A DNA stretch of 64,000 bases from Octopus vulgaris. Taxonomy: Eukaryota. Location of the stretch: contig OX597825.1 in the NCBI GenBank assembly GCA_951406725.2, positions 88,660,001 to 88,724,000 on the forward strand, given 5' to 3'. The notes beneath the pieces were generated by a model. That model saw nothing but the letters and a program-made list of their open reading frames with translations, had not been told where the DNA came from and did no database searches. Shown one piece after another: positions 1-13,382 of the stretch (its first letter is position 1; every line of letters starts with the position of its first letter). A program made the translations under genes and the position numbers.

Positions 1-583
1 TTGAACAGACACATATCAGTACATAAACATACGTTCACATGTACATACACATGTATATACACAGACACGTCTACAAACTCTCCTAAATACTCACACACGC
101 ACGTAAGTACATGCGTACATACATATATACATGCGTATAGCCATGCACACATGCATACGCATGTAAACATATGCATCCGCACATACGTGTACATACATAC
201 AGATGCACACACATACATACGCGCATACATACATACATACATACACACATACCGTAAATGCTCATGTTTAATTCGCATTTTTTCACCAAAATTTAAAGGT
301 CAAAATCCCTTGTGCGTACTATATACGAGGTTAAAAATGAAAACTATTTTCTAAGCAATGTCCCAGACTCTATTTGACCCGTTTTGTTTCTTTGTAAGAA
401 AAAGTCAAAACGAAGAGTATTCCATCCAACAGTCTTACTAAACGTTTCGACTACATGTACTTATCATGCTACGTAGAGTTTCCTTTGCATGACTACGTTC
501 ATCAGGTGCCAATCGACTAACGAACAAAAGCAATTACGAGAACTTTTAACAGCGCGATAAGTAATTGTAGTTGAAACGTATAG

Positions 584-585
<2 letters not shown>

Positions 586-645
<60 letters not shown>
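586..645. repeat. (TA)n microsatellite
   Basis: Pure TA run. Confidence 0.95.
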
Positions 646-651
<6 letters not shown>

Positions 652-748
652 ATCATGTGACCGACCAGTCCATCAGATGTAGTTACACATCGCTGGTCAC
701 AATGCGTTCGCATTGTTTTAGCCTTCGAATGGCTAAGCGAGCAGGCCA
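645..748 (-). mobile_element. 3' fragment of the tRNA-Arg-like SINE family seen at 52229-52500
   Basis: Reverse complement matches 52421-52500 (ggcctgctcgcttagcc...gaccagcgatgt...acatctgat..ctggtcgg); TA runs on both sides. Confidence 0.7.
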
Positions 749-1599
749 TATATATATATCAAGCATGAATAATGGGTGTTATGCATTTATTTGTGCTTTA
801 TAGACTTACACGTGTTTCAGATATGCGCTCCCACACACACACGCACATTTTTATCCATATCTATATATCTATACGTATAATAAATTAGTATGGGAGACAA
901 AATTCCTGAACTATAAATAAACCTATATAAACGAATATAAACAATACGATTACAAGGCGATGCACACTTTACAACAGACTACATAATGGTGCAATAAAGA
1001 ATTCGCGCTTTTGTTTGTCGCTCTAATGAAATGTTGATTGGTGATATAAATTAAATGAACCGGACACTTTCCCTGGTTTCACACGTTCAGCTGTTATAAG
1101 TAATATATGAATTACATTATTAAATAGTTGGCAGGCTGAATATTTTCTCAATGACTAGAGATTGTTATCCTCCTAATAGGTGATAGTCGAAGATAAATTA
1201 TATGTTTTATCTTGCAATATCTCAAAAGAAAAAAATATTTCCATTTCATTTCAAGATATTATTGGTATTGTTGACATTGTTATATAATTAATTATATGAT
1301 GCAATGTTATCTCTATTTGCAGATAACTTCATTATTTGTCTGATCATAAATTGTGCAGAAAGTTCACTCCGGAATATTTTAAAATTCCAAATCGAAACCC
1401 ACGCTGTCCTCCGCAAACGCGATTTCACGCTATGTAATTCGTAAGATTTGTTTATTCCGTTTTCTGTAGCAAATCGTCGCATGACAAATTAGATATTTTT
1501 TGTGACTCGTCAACCAATTCTTGAAACGGAGAATAGATGACGTTTATGATTCAGAAATATAAGACAGCATACAAGTGAAACTATTCGCTTTTATTGACA

Positions 1600-2640
1600 A
1601 TTTTCTTCTCGTCGATATTTGGAATCTCTTGTATTCTGAGTGTTTCATTTTAGAAAATTATACGTACTATTTAATTTAGAATGTGAAAGAATTACAAATA
1701 GGAAACTGTATGTAGCTGTATGTCCGCTTCAAGATATTTTCCTCTCGTTTTTCATTATTTATTTGTTTCTTGTGCACCGTTAATCTCCTGTGAAACGATA
1801 AACCCGTTTGTCCGATGGATTTATACTTGCATCCACAGCATGTTTTGGTGTAAATCAAATTTTAGGTGCTGCAAGTAAAATTTTTCTTTTATTTTTAAGA
1901 TTTGTCCTTAAATGTGAATACCGAACCTTCATTTAAGTACAGGCATCTATCATAATTTGGTCTAAAACATTTAGTAATTTTGGGGTTGGGTCCTTGTTTG
2001 AAAACCCTTGCCAAACAATGGTCTTCAAAGTTTTTATTTTCCCCTTGTTTTTGATGTTGATTTTCTTGGATTCTGTAGAGATTTTAGGATTTTTTTCAAG
2101 AGTAGGTATGCTGTATTGCATGTTATTAAATAATTCTATAAGTAGAGGGATTAAAACACGAGGTGTTAAAACAATTTATTTCTGTCAGATCATTGGGCCT
2201 TAAGCATTTTGTCCTTTCCAGTACATTTACAATACGATTTACTAGAAACACTCTTTGAATTAGTCTGTTTCAAAGGTCTAATTCTTGATCTAGTTCTGTC
2301 AGTTTAAAACTATTGCGCGAATCCTGTTAAGGTGGAAAGAATGTTTAATTTGGGACGTTCAGGATGGCAGGATGTACAATGAAAACACAGTTTCGAATCC
2401 ATGTGTATGTAGTGGTTATTTCATTCTATTTTTCCACGATTAAAAAATGTCTAGAAATGACTCTTATTTCTGATTAAATTTCATTGTAAACTCAATATGG
2501 TCTTCTATAATATTCAAATTTCTGTCCTTCAGTAATTTAGCTCATACAGCCATAGAATTAAACAGACATAGTCGTGTCTTTCCCGATTCCATTTTAGATT
2601 CATGTAGAATGAAAGTACATTCGTTCATTTAAGTTTCTTG
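1600..2640 (-). mobile_element. Degenerate Penelope-like element (RT C-terminus/linker plus GIY-YIG endonuclease)
   Basis: ORF 1676-1858 IYTKTCCGCKYKSIGQTGLSFHRRLTVHKKQI fits the Penelope GIY-YIG pattern (IY..C..C...YIGQT...R...H); an SCHP thumb-like motif lies near 2360-2375 on the minus strand; boundaries approximate. Confidence 0.7.
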
Positions 2641-2906
2641 CCATATATACATAGATACATATGAGAGAGATGGAGGGGGAGGGAGAGAGAGAGAGAGTGT
2701 TTGAAGTGTTGTGTAGATATTGTATATTTCGAATAATGAGGAATGTTGGATGATTATATATATATTTTTTATTTACATCTTATTTACATTTTTAGAGCTT
2801 TCTTTCCTCATCGGATTTATCAAAAAATGTTTCATATTTAGATTTCTTGCCCTTTTTATAAATAATTTACTGGGGTTAGCCAAGCAAGGAAGCAGAAGGA
2901 AGAAAC

Positions 2907-2952
<46 letters not shown>

Positions 2953-3189
2953 CTGCCATTCCATCGGTCTCCAGGATTGGATCTGATCGGAAGCGATTCG
3001 ATCCGCTGATCGGAATCGGTTTCATTCGAATAGCATAGACTGGTCGTGAAATAATCATTTTCAGTAGGTTAATTCTAACAGCGATACCAAACTGTTGTTC
3101 TCGTTGACAACACAGATTTTGCACCCTATGAGACTTTATCCACCCCTATTTCGAGGCACATACAGTCTGTCAGTATCGCTTTTGGGTTG

Positions 3190-4430
3190 TGGTTCCTTGT
3201 TAATTGTCCTTCTTTTTCTAGTTTTCCTTTCTACTTCCTTTCCATCTCCTCAAGTTTGCTCTTTGTCCACCTAACAACATCTGCGATATATCGCATCAAG
3301 GAAACAGCCCATGTGTTTATTCCTCTGGTTCTTCTAAAATATTCTCGCCTAAAATTTACCTGTATTTCACTTACCTTGATTTTGTCACATTCTAAAATTC
3401 CTTCATGTTTGAATCTCTCAGTTTCAACATCCTTGATTTTTTTCGGCATCAGACAACACTACATTGTCTCTTTGTATTATAAGCATATCACACGTTGCAG
3501 TCCCAAATTATTCCATTCCGATATCCTTACTCAATATCTGCACTGTTGAAAATAGGCCGTTTATTTCATGTTCCGTCTGTCTAAAGATCTTTAAATCATC
3601 CATATATAACAGATGATTTAATTTTCCTCCACCTTTCAAGGTGTACCCTAATGTCACTTACTGTCATAGAAATCACAAACAGCCATGTTGATAGGCTATC
3701 ATCTTGAAATATGCCCCTCTTGATGTTAACCCCCGCCAACAATTTTCCACATCAATTTAACTTTGTATTCCAGTTTTTCATTGATCACTAATAAAATTTG
3801 ATATGTTATCAGACACTGTACCAGCTGAAGACTTTCTAGAATCCAAGAATAGGGGACCATGTCATACACTTTCATAGAATCGATCCATGCCATGTCCAGA
3901 CTAATACGTCTTTTCTGACCGTCGTTCAGTACCATCCTGGCTATCAGAAGTTCATCTTTTGTCCCTAGGCTTCTCCTTCTGCACCCTTCCTCTTCCAGTT
4001 TGTCATTCCTTTGCAGAGGTTATACACATGATTAGATATTATTCCCGTCATCAGCTTCCACATCACGGGTAGACAGGTGATAGGCTGGTAATTATCCACT
4101 GCATTGCATTTGCTAGAAACCTTTTGGTAAAGAATAGTTTTACCTGTGGTCAGCCAGTCTGGGATTGGTACACCGTTGTTGATAAACGTATCCGTTTGCG
4201 TGGCTATTTTTCTGTGCTGGGAAATTTTTCATCTAATATCCTTGTATCCCTTCCAGTTCTGTGCATTTCGAGTTTGGGATCTTTGTTGTCTGTTCGCTTA
4301 CCATTTCCGTCGTTCTTCAAATGTTGCTGTTTCTCTTCCTATTTTCCGACCTTAATTTCTTCAACCATTTAGCATTTTTGTTATGTTTTCTATCATTATC
4401 CCAGATGTTACATCAAAACTTATGCTTAAA
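3190..4430 (-). mobile_element. Degenerate Dong/R4-clade non-LTR retrotransposon RT fragment
   Basis: MAWIDSMKVYDMVPYSWILESL (3830-3895), GIFQDDSLS (~3695-3720), LNHLLYMDDLKIF (~3588-3626); many frameshifts. Confidence 0.8.
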
Positions 4431-4720
4431 GCATTGTGAAATAAAGGAAATAAATTTTGAGGCTGTATTAGTCACCGTATTCGCTATCGTTATATGTGCC
4501 TGTGTGTGAGGGGAGGGGGCATATGTGTGTTTCAGAAAGAAAATAGGAGTTAAATAAACGCAAGCGAATACCTGTTCAAGCACTCTGTGCAAATATAAGT
4601 CGGCTAACGAATTCGTCAGCCTGATGCGATGTCAATCCGTATAGATGCGATTTTAGATCCAAAGTACATGACCCACTACTTTCGAAATATTATTCAGAGT
4701 TTGTTAGGAAAAAAGTAATT

Positions 4721-6258
4721 TAGTAGAAGATACAAACAATTCCACTTGCCGTTAGCTTAAATTAACCTTTCATTTGATTAATCAGTCATTTGATTAAACT
4801 GTCATTTGATTGATTAATTAACCTCAACTACACAGATGGAGAAAATCAAACGATTCTTTACAAACATTACGTGTTTTGCTTAATTTTTTATATTGCGAGA
4901 TCATGTGGAAGGAATTTGAACAAAATATCATAGCAGACCGTAGTTCTTATTTCATTGCTCAGTATCTCGTGGTTCAGGGATGCATTTTCACCAAATGTTA
5001 TTGCTTCAATGTTAGTTGTGTAATTTGTGATGTTGACATGTGTAAACTAATTGTAGTAAAATGCAGAATGAAATTTAAGAGAAATGCAAAGAAATTCAGT
5101 AACTATTGAGGTTATTGAAGAATTACAAACTTTTGAGCGTTGGAGGAAATTATATTAACTAAAAAGAAAAAAAACACACAATGTATTGATTGATTGATTG
5201 ATTGATTCTAGTTTCAGCTTATGAGCTGTGGCCATGCTGGGGCACCGCCATTTGGTGTTGCTACTTGGTTTCACTTCATGGAGGCTTTCTAGCAACTGCT
5301 ATTTAGTGCATGAGAGAGTTCGATGCAGCTGCCCTCATCTGCCCCTCCTGCCGTGAAGTTGGTTCATCTGGGACACCTGACAGGAAGAGATCCAGCTTCG
5401 TTTTAAAGACATCTGTATCCACCCCATGCAGGTCTCTCAGGTTCTTCGGGAGGATATTGAAGAGCTGTGGGCCTCGGAAGCCCAGGCTATCACAGTATCT
5501 TGTCCTACATCTTGATGGCAGGTTTGGAGTCCTATGCACCACGCAGTGGCGCCCAGTTCTGGCATTTGCGTAACTCTCGATGCCAAAGTTCAGGACGCTT
5601 CCCTCCAGGATCTTCCAGATGTATATTATGGCATATCTTTCCCGCCCACGCCCCAGGGAATATAATTTTAATCTCTTGAGTCTTTCCCAGTAGCTTACAT
5701 TCTGCATAGAGGCTATCTTCTTTGTGTAGCTTCGTTGGATCGCCTCAAGTTCTGTGATCAACTTGACACTGGATGGTGACCATAGCCGAGAGCAATAGTC
5801 AAAGAGGCTTAGGACAAGTGTCTTCCAGAGGACCATCATGGTTTCTTGTTCTCTTGCTCTAAAGGTTCTAAGAATCCATCCAGCCAGCCGTCTACATTTC
5901 ATTGTCAGTCTAGCAACATGTACATGAAAGGTCGCGTCATCACTCATGTGAACACCCAGGTCACGCACTGATTGTGCCTCTGGGATTGCAATCCCTCCGG
6001 GTCCAGTGTATTCATTGGGGACTGCATCCAGCCCTGCACGCCGACAGTATAAAGCCCGAAACTCTCCAGCATTGAACTGCATGCTATTCTTTTCAGCCCA
6101 CTTGTATATTTCGTCCAGCTTGACACTGCGATGTCAATCCAGTGTCCCCAGATGCGATTCTAGCATCCGCCCGTGAAACCCTTGTATCATGACTGCATAA
6201 CTTTCGAAATCGCGGCTCACCGCGTGGTTGAGGGCATGTCCGAGAGGGCCACCATGAA
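4721..6258. repeat. First unit of a ~1.54 kb tandem duplication (second unit 6259-~7800)
   Basis: 4721-5150 is near-identical to 6259-6690, and the LINE 3' part is also repeated; junction 6120-6258 is a mosaic. Confidence 0.9.
5185..6258 (-). mobile_element. CR1-group LINE family A, duplicated 3' portion
   Basis: ORF 5303-6082 is near-identical to the C-terminus of ORF 6828-8981; (AATC)n tail on the sense strand. Confidence 0.9.
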
Positions 6259-6736
6259 TAGTAGAAGATACCCAGACAATTCCACTTGCCGTTAGCTTAA
6301 ATTAACCTTTCATTTGATTAATCAGTCATTTGATTAAACTGTCATTTGATTGATTAATTAACCTCAACTACACAGATGGAGAAAATCAAATATATATCTT
6401 TACAAACATTACGTGTTTTGCTTAATTTTTTATATTGCGAGATCATGTGGAAGGAATTTGAACAAAATATCATAGCAGACCGTAGTTCTTATTTCATTGC
6501 TCAGTATCTCGTGGTTCAGGGATGCATTTTCACCAAATGTTATTGCTTCAATGTTAGTTGTGTAATTTGTGATGTTGACATGTGTAAACTAATTGTAGTA
6601 AAATGCAGAATGAAATTTAAGAGAAATGCAAAGAAATTCAGTAACTATTGAGGTTATTGAAGAATTACAAACTTTTGAGCGTTGGAGGAAATATATATAT
6701 ATACTATATATATATAAATATATATATATACAATGT

Positions 6737-9500
6737 ATTGATTGATTGATTGATTGATTCTAGTTTCAGCTTATGAGCTGTGGCCATGCTGGGGCACCGC
6801 CATTTTGTGTTGCTACTTGGTTTCACTTCATGGAGGCTTTATAGCAGCTGCTATTTGGTGCATGAGAGAGTTCGATGCAGCTGCCCTCATCTGCCCCTCC
6901 TGCCGTGAAGTTGGTTCATCTGGGACACCTGACAGGAAGAGATCCAGCTTCATTTTAAAGACATCTGTATCCACCCCATGCAGGTCTCTCAGGTTCTTCG
7001 GGAGGATATTGAAGAGCTGTGGGCCTCGGAAGCCCAGGCTATCACAGTATCTTGTCCTACATCTTGATGGCAGGTTTGGAGTCCTAGGCACCACGCAGTG
7101 GCGCCCAGTTCTGGCATTTGCGTAACTCTCGATGCCAAAGTTCAGGACACTTCCCTCCAGGATCTTCCAGATGTATATTATGGCATATCTTTCCCGCCTA
7201 CGCTCCAGGGAATATAATTTTAATCTCTTGAGTCTTTCCCAGTAGCTTACATTCTGCATAAAGGCTATCTTCTTTGTGTAGCTTCGTTGGATCGCCTCAA
7301 GTTCTGTGATCAACTTGACACTGGATGGTGACCATAGCTGAGAGCAATAGTCAAAGTGGCTTAGGACAAGTGTCTTCCAGAGGACCATCATGGTTTCTTG
7401 TTCTCTTGTTCTAAAGGTTCTAAGAATCCATCCAGCCAGCCGTCTACATTTCATTGTCAGTTTAGCAACATGTACATGAAAGGTCGCGTCATCACTCATG
7501 TGAATACCCAGGTCACGCACTGATTGTGCCTCTGGGATTGCAATCCCTCCGGGTCCAGTGTATTCATTGGGTATTGCATTCAGTTTTGCATGCTGATAGT
7601 ATAAAGCTTGAAACTTTCCAGCATTGAATTGCATGCTATTCTTTTCAGCCCACTTGTATATTTCGTCCAGCTCACATTGCAGGTGTTTAGTGTCCTCAGG
7701 GTTCTGTATTGCCTGTGAAACTTTTGTATCATCTGCATAACTTGTGATCGTGGCTCTCTGCGTGGCTGAGGGCATGTCTGAGAGGGCCATTATGAACAGT
7801 AGTGGTCCCAGAACAGTGCCCTGCGGAACACCGCTCACTATTTGTGTGTTAATGGAGGTGGCCCCATTGGCTACTACCACCTGACTTCTATCCTTCAGAA
7901 AGTCATGAAGCCATTCTCCCAGTTTTCCAACTATGTTGAGATCACGCAGTTTGTGACATATCATTCCATGATCGACTTTATCAAAGGCCTTTGCAAAGTC
8001 GAGATATATCACTTCCACATTTGAGTGGTTGAGCAGCCGTTTCAGCACCCAGTCATAGTGTTGTAGGAGCTGAGTTAAACAGCTTCTCCCTGGTCGGAAA
8101 CCATGTTGGGTGTCGGGCAGCAAGTCATTCTCTTCAAGGAAGGTGATCAGCTTCCTTCTGACTATTCGTTCCATGACCTTGCTGATGTGTGAGGTCAGAG
8201 AGATAGGTCTATAGTTCTTGGCTTCCGCTCTGCTACCTCCTTTATGAATGGGGCATATTTTACCTTCCTTCAGTTTTCCTGGAAGTTTGCCAGCTGCAAG
8301 GAAGCTCTGAAAGAGGAACTGCAGTGGTCTTGCTAGGACTCTCTTACATGCTTTTAGGAGGATTGCCGGGAATCCATTGGGGCCAGTAGCTGAGTCTGTT
8401 TTCATTTCATCTATAGCCTTGGTTACATCGTCTTCCTTTATATCGATGTAATCTATCGTCGCCGCCTCTGATTTTATATCTGCAGTGGTAAAAAAGTCAG
8501 TTGGATTGGTGATTTGGAGATGCCCAAGGGGTGGAGTGAAAACACTCTTGAATTGCTCATTCAGTATTTCACTTACCCTCATTGGTTTTCCTGTAAGTGT
8601 GCCATCCTTTTCGAGGAGTGGCCCTATTCTACAGTGCACTGTAGCTGTTTCTTTGGCATACCTGTAGAAAGCTCTGGGGTTAGATTTTATGTTTTCTATA
8701 GCCCAGGCTTCTTTGTCTGCTCTTTCTTTTTCATGGGAGAGTTGCAGACATTTTTCGATTTCCAACAGTTTTATTTTTAGGCGGGACTTTTCACTGCTTT
8801 CAATCTGTTTGTTTAGGCGATTTGAAAATTTCGTACGCCGTCTGATTAAAATTTCCTCTCTCTGGGGATTTTGTTCTTGTGTACAGTGGCCTTTCTCTCT
8901 GGGACACATTTGTAGCATATGGCTTGCATTACAGACATGAATTGTTGAAGTTTCACGTCGATGTCTGGCGAGGAGAGACATTTAGGCCAGTTTTGTTTGA
9001 GGATCTCTTTCTCAATTTGTTTCCAGTTTGCCTTATGGTAGTTCAAGCTGGAAAGATTTTGAGGGTTTCTTGTAGGCTGCATGTCCGTGCTCTCTTTTGG
9101 CCCGTACATGGTCAGCTCTATCATGTTGTGATCCGAGAGTAGTGTCGGTGTCACTTTCACATTATGGATGAGATCCATGTCATTTGTGAAGCAGAGATCC
9201 AGTGTGTTACCTGCCCTGGTTGGTTGGAGTATTACCTGCTCCATGTACAGGGTGTTGATGAGGTTCAGGAGGGACCTCGCCTGTCCTCGTTCACATCTTG
9301 TCATTCCTGGGAGAGAAAGGCCCTCGGGCCATCTGACATTGGGCAGATTGAAGTCTCCCATAAGAAGCATACCTATGTGTTGTTCTAATGTGGTTAGAAT
9401 TTCTTCTATTTTTATAAGGCAGTCTTCAAACTTGCCCACATGGCTTGGGGCATCTGGAGGGCGATATGTAGCACACACAACTACATCAAGTTGCCTAATA
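6737..9500 (-). mobile_element. CR1-group LINE family A, 5'-truncated, ORF2 (APE endonuclease C-half plus RT) with one frameshift
   Basis: YRPP, GDFN, TLDL, SDHN endonuclease motifs (ORF 8846-9478); [42 protein letters not shown] (ORF 6828-8981); (AATC)n tail; TA runs at both ends. Confidence 0.95.
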
Positions 9501-9514
9501 TGTATATATATATG

Positions 9515-9613
<99 letters not shown>

Positions 9614-9962
9614 GTAAAGGGTAAAAAAGACCTCCTTCGGTCATGAATGACCATGGGATTGCACCTAGAAAGTTACCCTCCAAGACACAAGTCCGGGCAA
9701 GGTTGTTTATGGAAGACCAGCAGTCGCCCATGCATACCAGCCTCCCCTCTCCACACCACCAGTGTTATCCAAGGGAAAGACAAAGGTCGATACAGCTTGG
9801 CACCAGTGACGTCGCAACTCATTTCTACAGCTGAGTGAACTGGAGCAACGTGAAATAAAGTGCCTTGCTCAAGAACACAACACGCAGCCCGGTCCGGGAT
9901 TCGAGCTCACAACCTCACGATCGTAAGCTCGACGCTCTAACCACTGAGCCATGCGCCTTCAC
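9614..9962 (-). mobile_element. Full-length tRNA-derived SINE with CORE-like central domain
   Basis: Minus-strand head GGCGCATGGCTCAGTGGTTAGAGCG...GAGCTCGAATCCC (A/B boxes), then TTCTTGAGCAAGGCACTTT...CAGCTGTAGAAATG resembling CORE; TTTACCC-like tail; embedded in TA arrays. Confidence 0.85.
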
Positions 9963-10029
9963 ATATATATGTATGTATATATATATATGTATGTATATAT
10001 ATATGTATATATATATATGTATATATATG

Positions 10030-10060
<31 letters not shown>

Positions 10061-10119
10061 GTATATATATATATACGTATATATATATATATGTGTATAT
10101 ATATATGTGTATATATATA

Positions 10120-10163
<44 letters not shown>

Positions 10164-10179
10164 TGTATATATAAATATG

Positions 10180-10256
<77 letters not shown>

Positions 10257-10859
10257 GTACGTACCCACACACCACACACGCACGTAAAAACACATTCATG
10301 CGTAACACATAGATACATATAAAATATAATATATTCGAAAATCGGCGTCAGTCACTTGGCATCAGACAATATCCTACAAATGCAACATAATTTTGAAAAA
10401 ACCCCGTAATTTACGTTATTTTCGTCGTTACTAATGAAGATATAATATTACAGTGAATTTCGAATAGTTTTAAGGAAGGATCACCAAATACTTAACCCTA
10501 ATTTACCCAAATTTTAGTATCCCTTTCCTTACAAACATTTGAAATACCCTCTGTATTCATATCTTGATTAGCAACTTCCACACGTAAAATAGCGTAGGTT
10601 ATTCTTTGTAAAATGTTCCATTTGAAGGATTTCGTTTGATTGTTTATATTTTCTTTTTTGAATATATTTTGTAGAGAGACATTTTCTTGAATCGAATAAA
10701 TACAATAAACTATGTAATAAACACAACGTCCACTCGGCATTTGCAACTAGCAATAATGGGTCATGGGCTAGAGGGGATCATGGTGCACCACCCTTGGGAT
10801 TTACTTTAATGGGTATTTTCATGTGGTCCTGGGTCTAACAAGTCAGAACATTGATGCTA

Positions 10860-12750
10860 CTTGAAAATAAAAATGGGTTGGAAGATACCCATTGTGGCGA
10901 GATCCTTTATTCTAGGAAATACGCGTGATGTCGACGAGACAATCAAAGAGACTTTTATGAAGGATGCAAAATCAAAAGATGGGAGTGGCGCGACTGGAGC
11001 GGACATTAGCGGTCTGCAGACAAACTACAATGTTTTTTCAAAGATGGACAAAGGTAAAAAAAGAAACAACCAATTTCTTTCAGGCTACATTTTGTCTAGC
11101 GGGAATGTCTGATAAAGAAGACAAAGGACTGTAACATCAGGATGATTGCCCTTTTAAAATTGCTACCAGCTGCGAGAAACTTGTCTCAAGGACTGTTGCA
11201 GCTATTAAATGCTTCAACAACCTTTTCCACATCCCGCATGATGGAAAGTTGTATAATCTAACGTCCGTCGCTCCGGCTTCAGAAGAAGTTGCGAAGGACT
11301 TTCTCACTGCTGAGATTGTTGGCAGGCTAGCAAGGGAAAACTAACGAAGAATGATGGCTTCTTTGATTTTGTTAAACGCCCAAATATGAAAACTACGGCA
11401 CACATGCACGAGTCCGTGAAACCCTCAACTTCCCAAAAGAAAGGCATCGAGTACAAGCAGCGGGGAAACATGGCGTTTCATTTACTAGTGAGACCTCAAG
11501 CAGAGATTGATCAGAAAGTTGACCTTGAGAAACTATTGACGCATTCATTGACACCTGTTCCATACAGCATTGGATCGGCGGATTTTTAGCAAGAACAGAA
11601 AAATCGAAAGGCTTTAAACATGTGAAAGAATGTGATGATGCACAGTTACCTGATCCAGGAGAGATCATCATGGAGGATGGAAATGCAGTGTTCCATTGTC
11701 ACAAACATTCGGGGTAAATATCTGGTAATGTGTTGGCATCTGCTCCTCACCTGTTACCTGTCATATTTCGAACTGACATGTACCAGGAAGGCTCTGTAAA
11801 AAAGGGCTGGAACGAAACAGACCAGGTGTTGGAGACAAACTCATCCTAAGTGGTGAGAAAACAAAGCGTCTGAAAAACTGGGAAATCTTTTTGCATACGA
11901 TAAGAACAGAACACAGTTCCTTCAGCTTTTGCCCTAAGCTTAGAGGAGTGGAGTGTCTGCCGGAATTCTCACTGGACACGAGCTGATACTGATATGTAAA
12001 GGAGAAGCTCACAGTTGACATTGGATGGACATAACACATTCTGTTAAAAAATACACTTTCTCGAATCTTCAGAGGAAGTAACTGATACACGTGTCATCCT
12101 TTATTGCATGTATGCCAAGAACAGGGATGCAAGTTCGTTCGCGTGGGGAGTCCCCATTCAGACATATTTTTTTATCTTACTTCACCATGCTAGATTCCTG
12201 GAAGGACTTCAAATTCTGTTTGAAACTGTGAAGGGAAACAATTGACGCTCTAGCGGTGCGACCAATCTGGCTCTGTCTTCCACGCCTCTTCCCTGTTCTG
12301 CATTGATGGGTTATCATGCCTTCACCGGGTCCGAGAGTGCCTTCAAAGGGAAGGCGAAAGAGAAGAGACTGAAAGTCGTTGAAACAGATGAATCATTCCA
12401 GAAAGCGTTCTCCAAGTTAGAAGAGTCTTGGGAAGTCACCGAGAAGGTCATGAGTGGACTGGAGAGGCTCACATGTGTGCTGTATGGTCACAAAAGGACA
12501 AAAAAGGTAAATACACTGCGGTTCACAACCTTGCGAGCAAAGTGCGGTGGGAAGGATGATTTCACAAAATCTAAGCAATTCATTCTCGCTTCACTGCTCC
12601 CGTGTAGAAACGTTTTTGAGCATCATGTTCGGCGAAGCAGCTTCCAGACCGGGATATGGAAGCTCGCGAACATTGGTCTTCAGTGCCTAGACCAGATGAA
12701 GGACATGGATCGGCAAAGGAAGCTGTAATCATGAAGCCCAAAGTGGAGAG
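10860..12750 (+). mobile_element. Degenerate Academ (AcademX-like) DNA transposon ORF: transposase region plus XPG/PIN-like nuclease
   Basis: DETIKETFMKDAKS, LTHSLTPVPYSIG, EE.TDTRVIL (~12072), HAFTG..SAFKGKAK and LLPCRNVFEHHVRRSSFQTGIW match motifs I associate with Academ proteins; stops and frameshifts; no TIRs identified. Confidence 0.65.
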
Positions 12751-13019
12751 ACAGTAAATTGGTGCACCGTCAGTTGGTAGACAGACTGGAAGAAGAATGG
12801 ATCTTGTATTTAACTTGAGAGATAGAAAGTATTATACAAGCCAACATTCGTTTCACTATTAAAATTATATGGCACATTTCATAACGACCAGGTATAACAA
12901 ATGGCTACGGTGCAGATAGGGTCAACTTTTGTTTAGTTTTGACTTCAACAACCTCTTTAATGAAAATATTTGCATAATTTGTTGTTTCAATTTATTGATC
13001 AACCCAAATATCATATTCT

Positions 13020-13382
13020 GTGGACATTTGCAAAGATTCAAGAAAAGATTCCAAATTATCGCTTAACACTGCTAACGTCGTTCAAAACTGGAACAAAGAC
13101 CACCAAAGCAAAGTAGACCTCTTGAATTGATCCCCATATTCACTGGAACAGTTATAGTGCATTCTCGAGCAACAAGTTCCACTTCGCCGTGCCACTGAAA
13201 AGGCTAAAGCAGATTTATACGTGAAGAACGGATCACAGTTCCTCTAAAAACTGTTCGGAACTTGAACAAGTCAGTTCCTCGGTGTATTAAAGCTATGAAT
13301 AATGCCAAAACGTGGACTATCTGTGCATTAAATAAAAATTTATTCAACGAAGTATCTTCATTATTATGTCTAACCCGTATAA
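13020..13382 (+). mobile_element. Tc1/mariner transposase C-terminal relic
   Basis: Translates in pieces to TANVVQNW.KDHQSKVDLL and VPLKTVRNLNKSVPRCIKA...AK, typical of a Tc1 C-terminus. Confidence 0.5.

Noticed and set aside
435-590. CTGATGA...GAAAC on the minus strand and a ~21 bp inverted repeat
   Set aside because: Stems I and II do not close properly around the core, so it cannot be called a hammerhead
4770-4815. Triple TCATTTGATT motif
   Set aside because: Consistent with local slippage duplication; no evidence of function
9885-9962. tRNA-like sequences (also 52229, 63375)
   Set aside because: These are SINE heads continuing into SINE bodies, not tRNA genes
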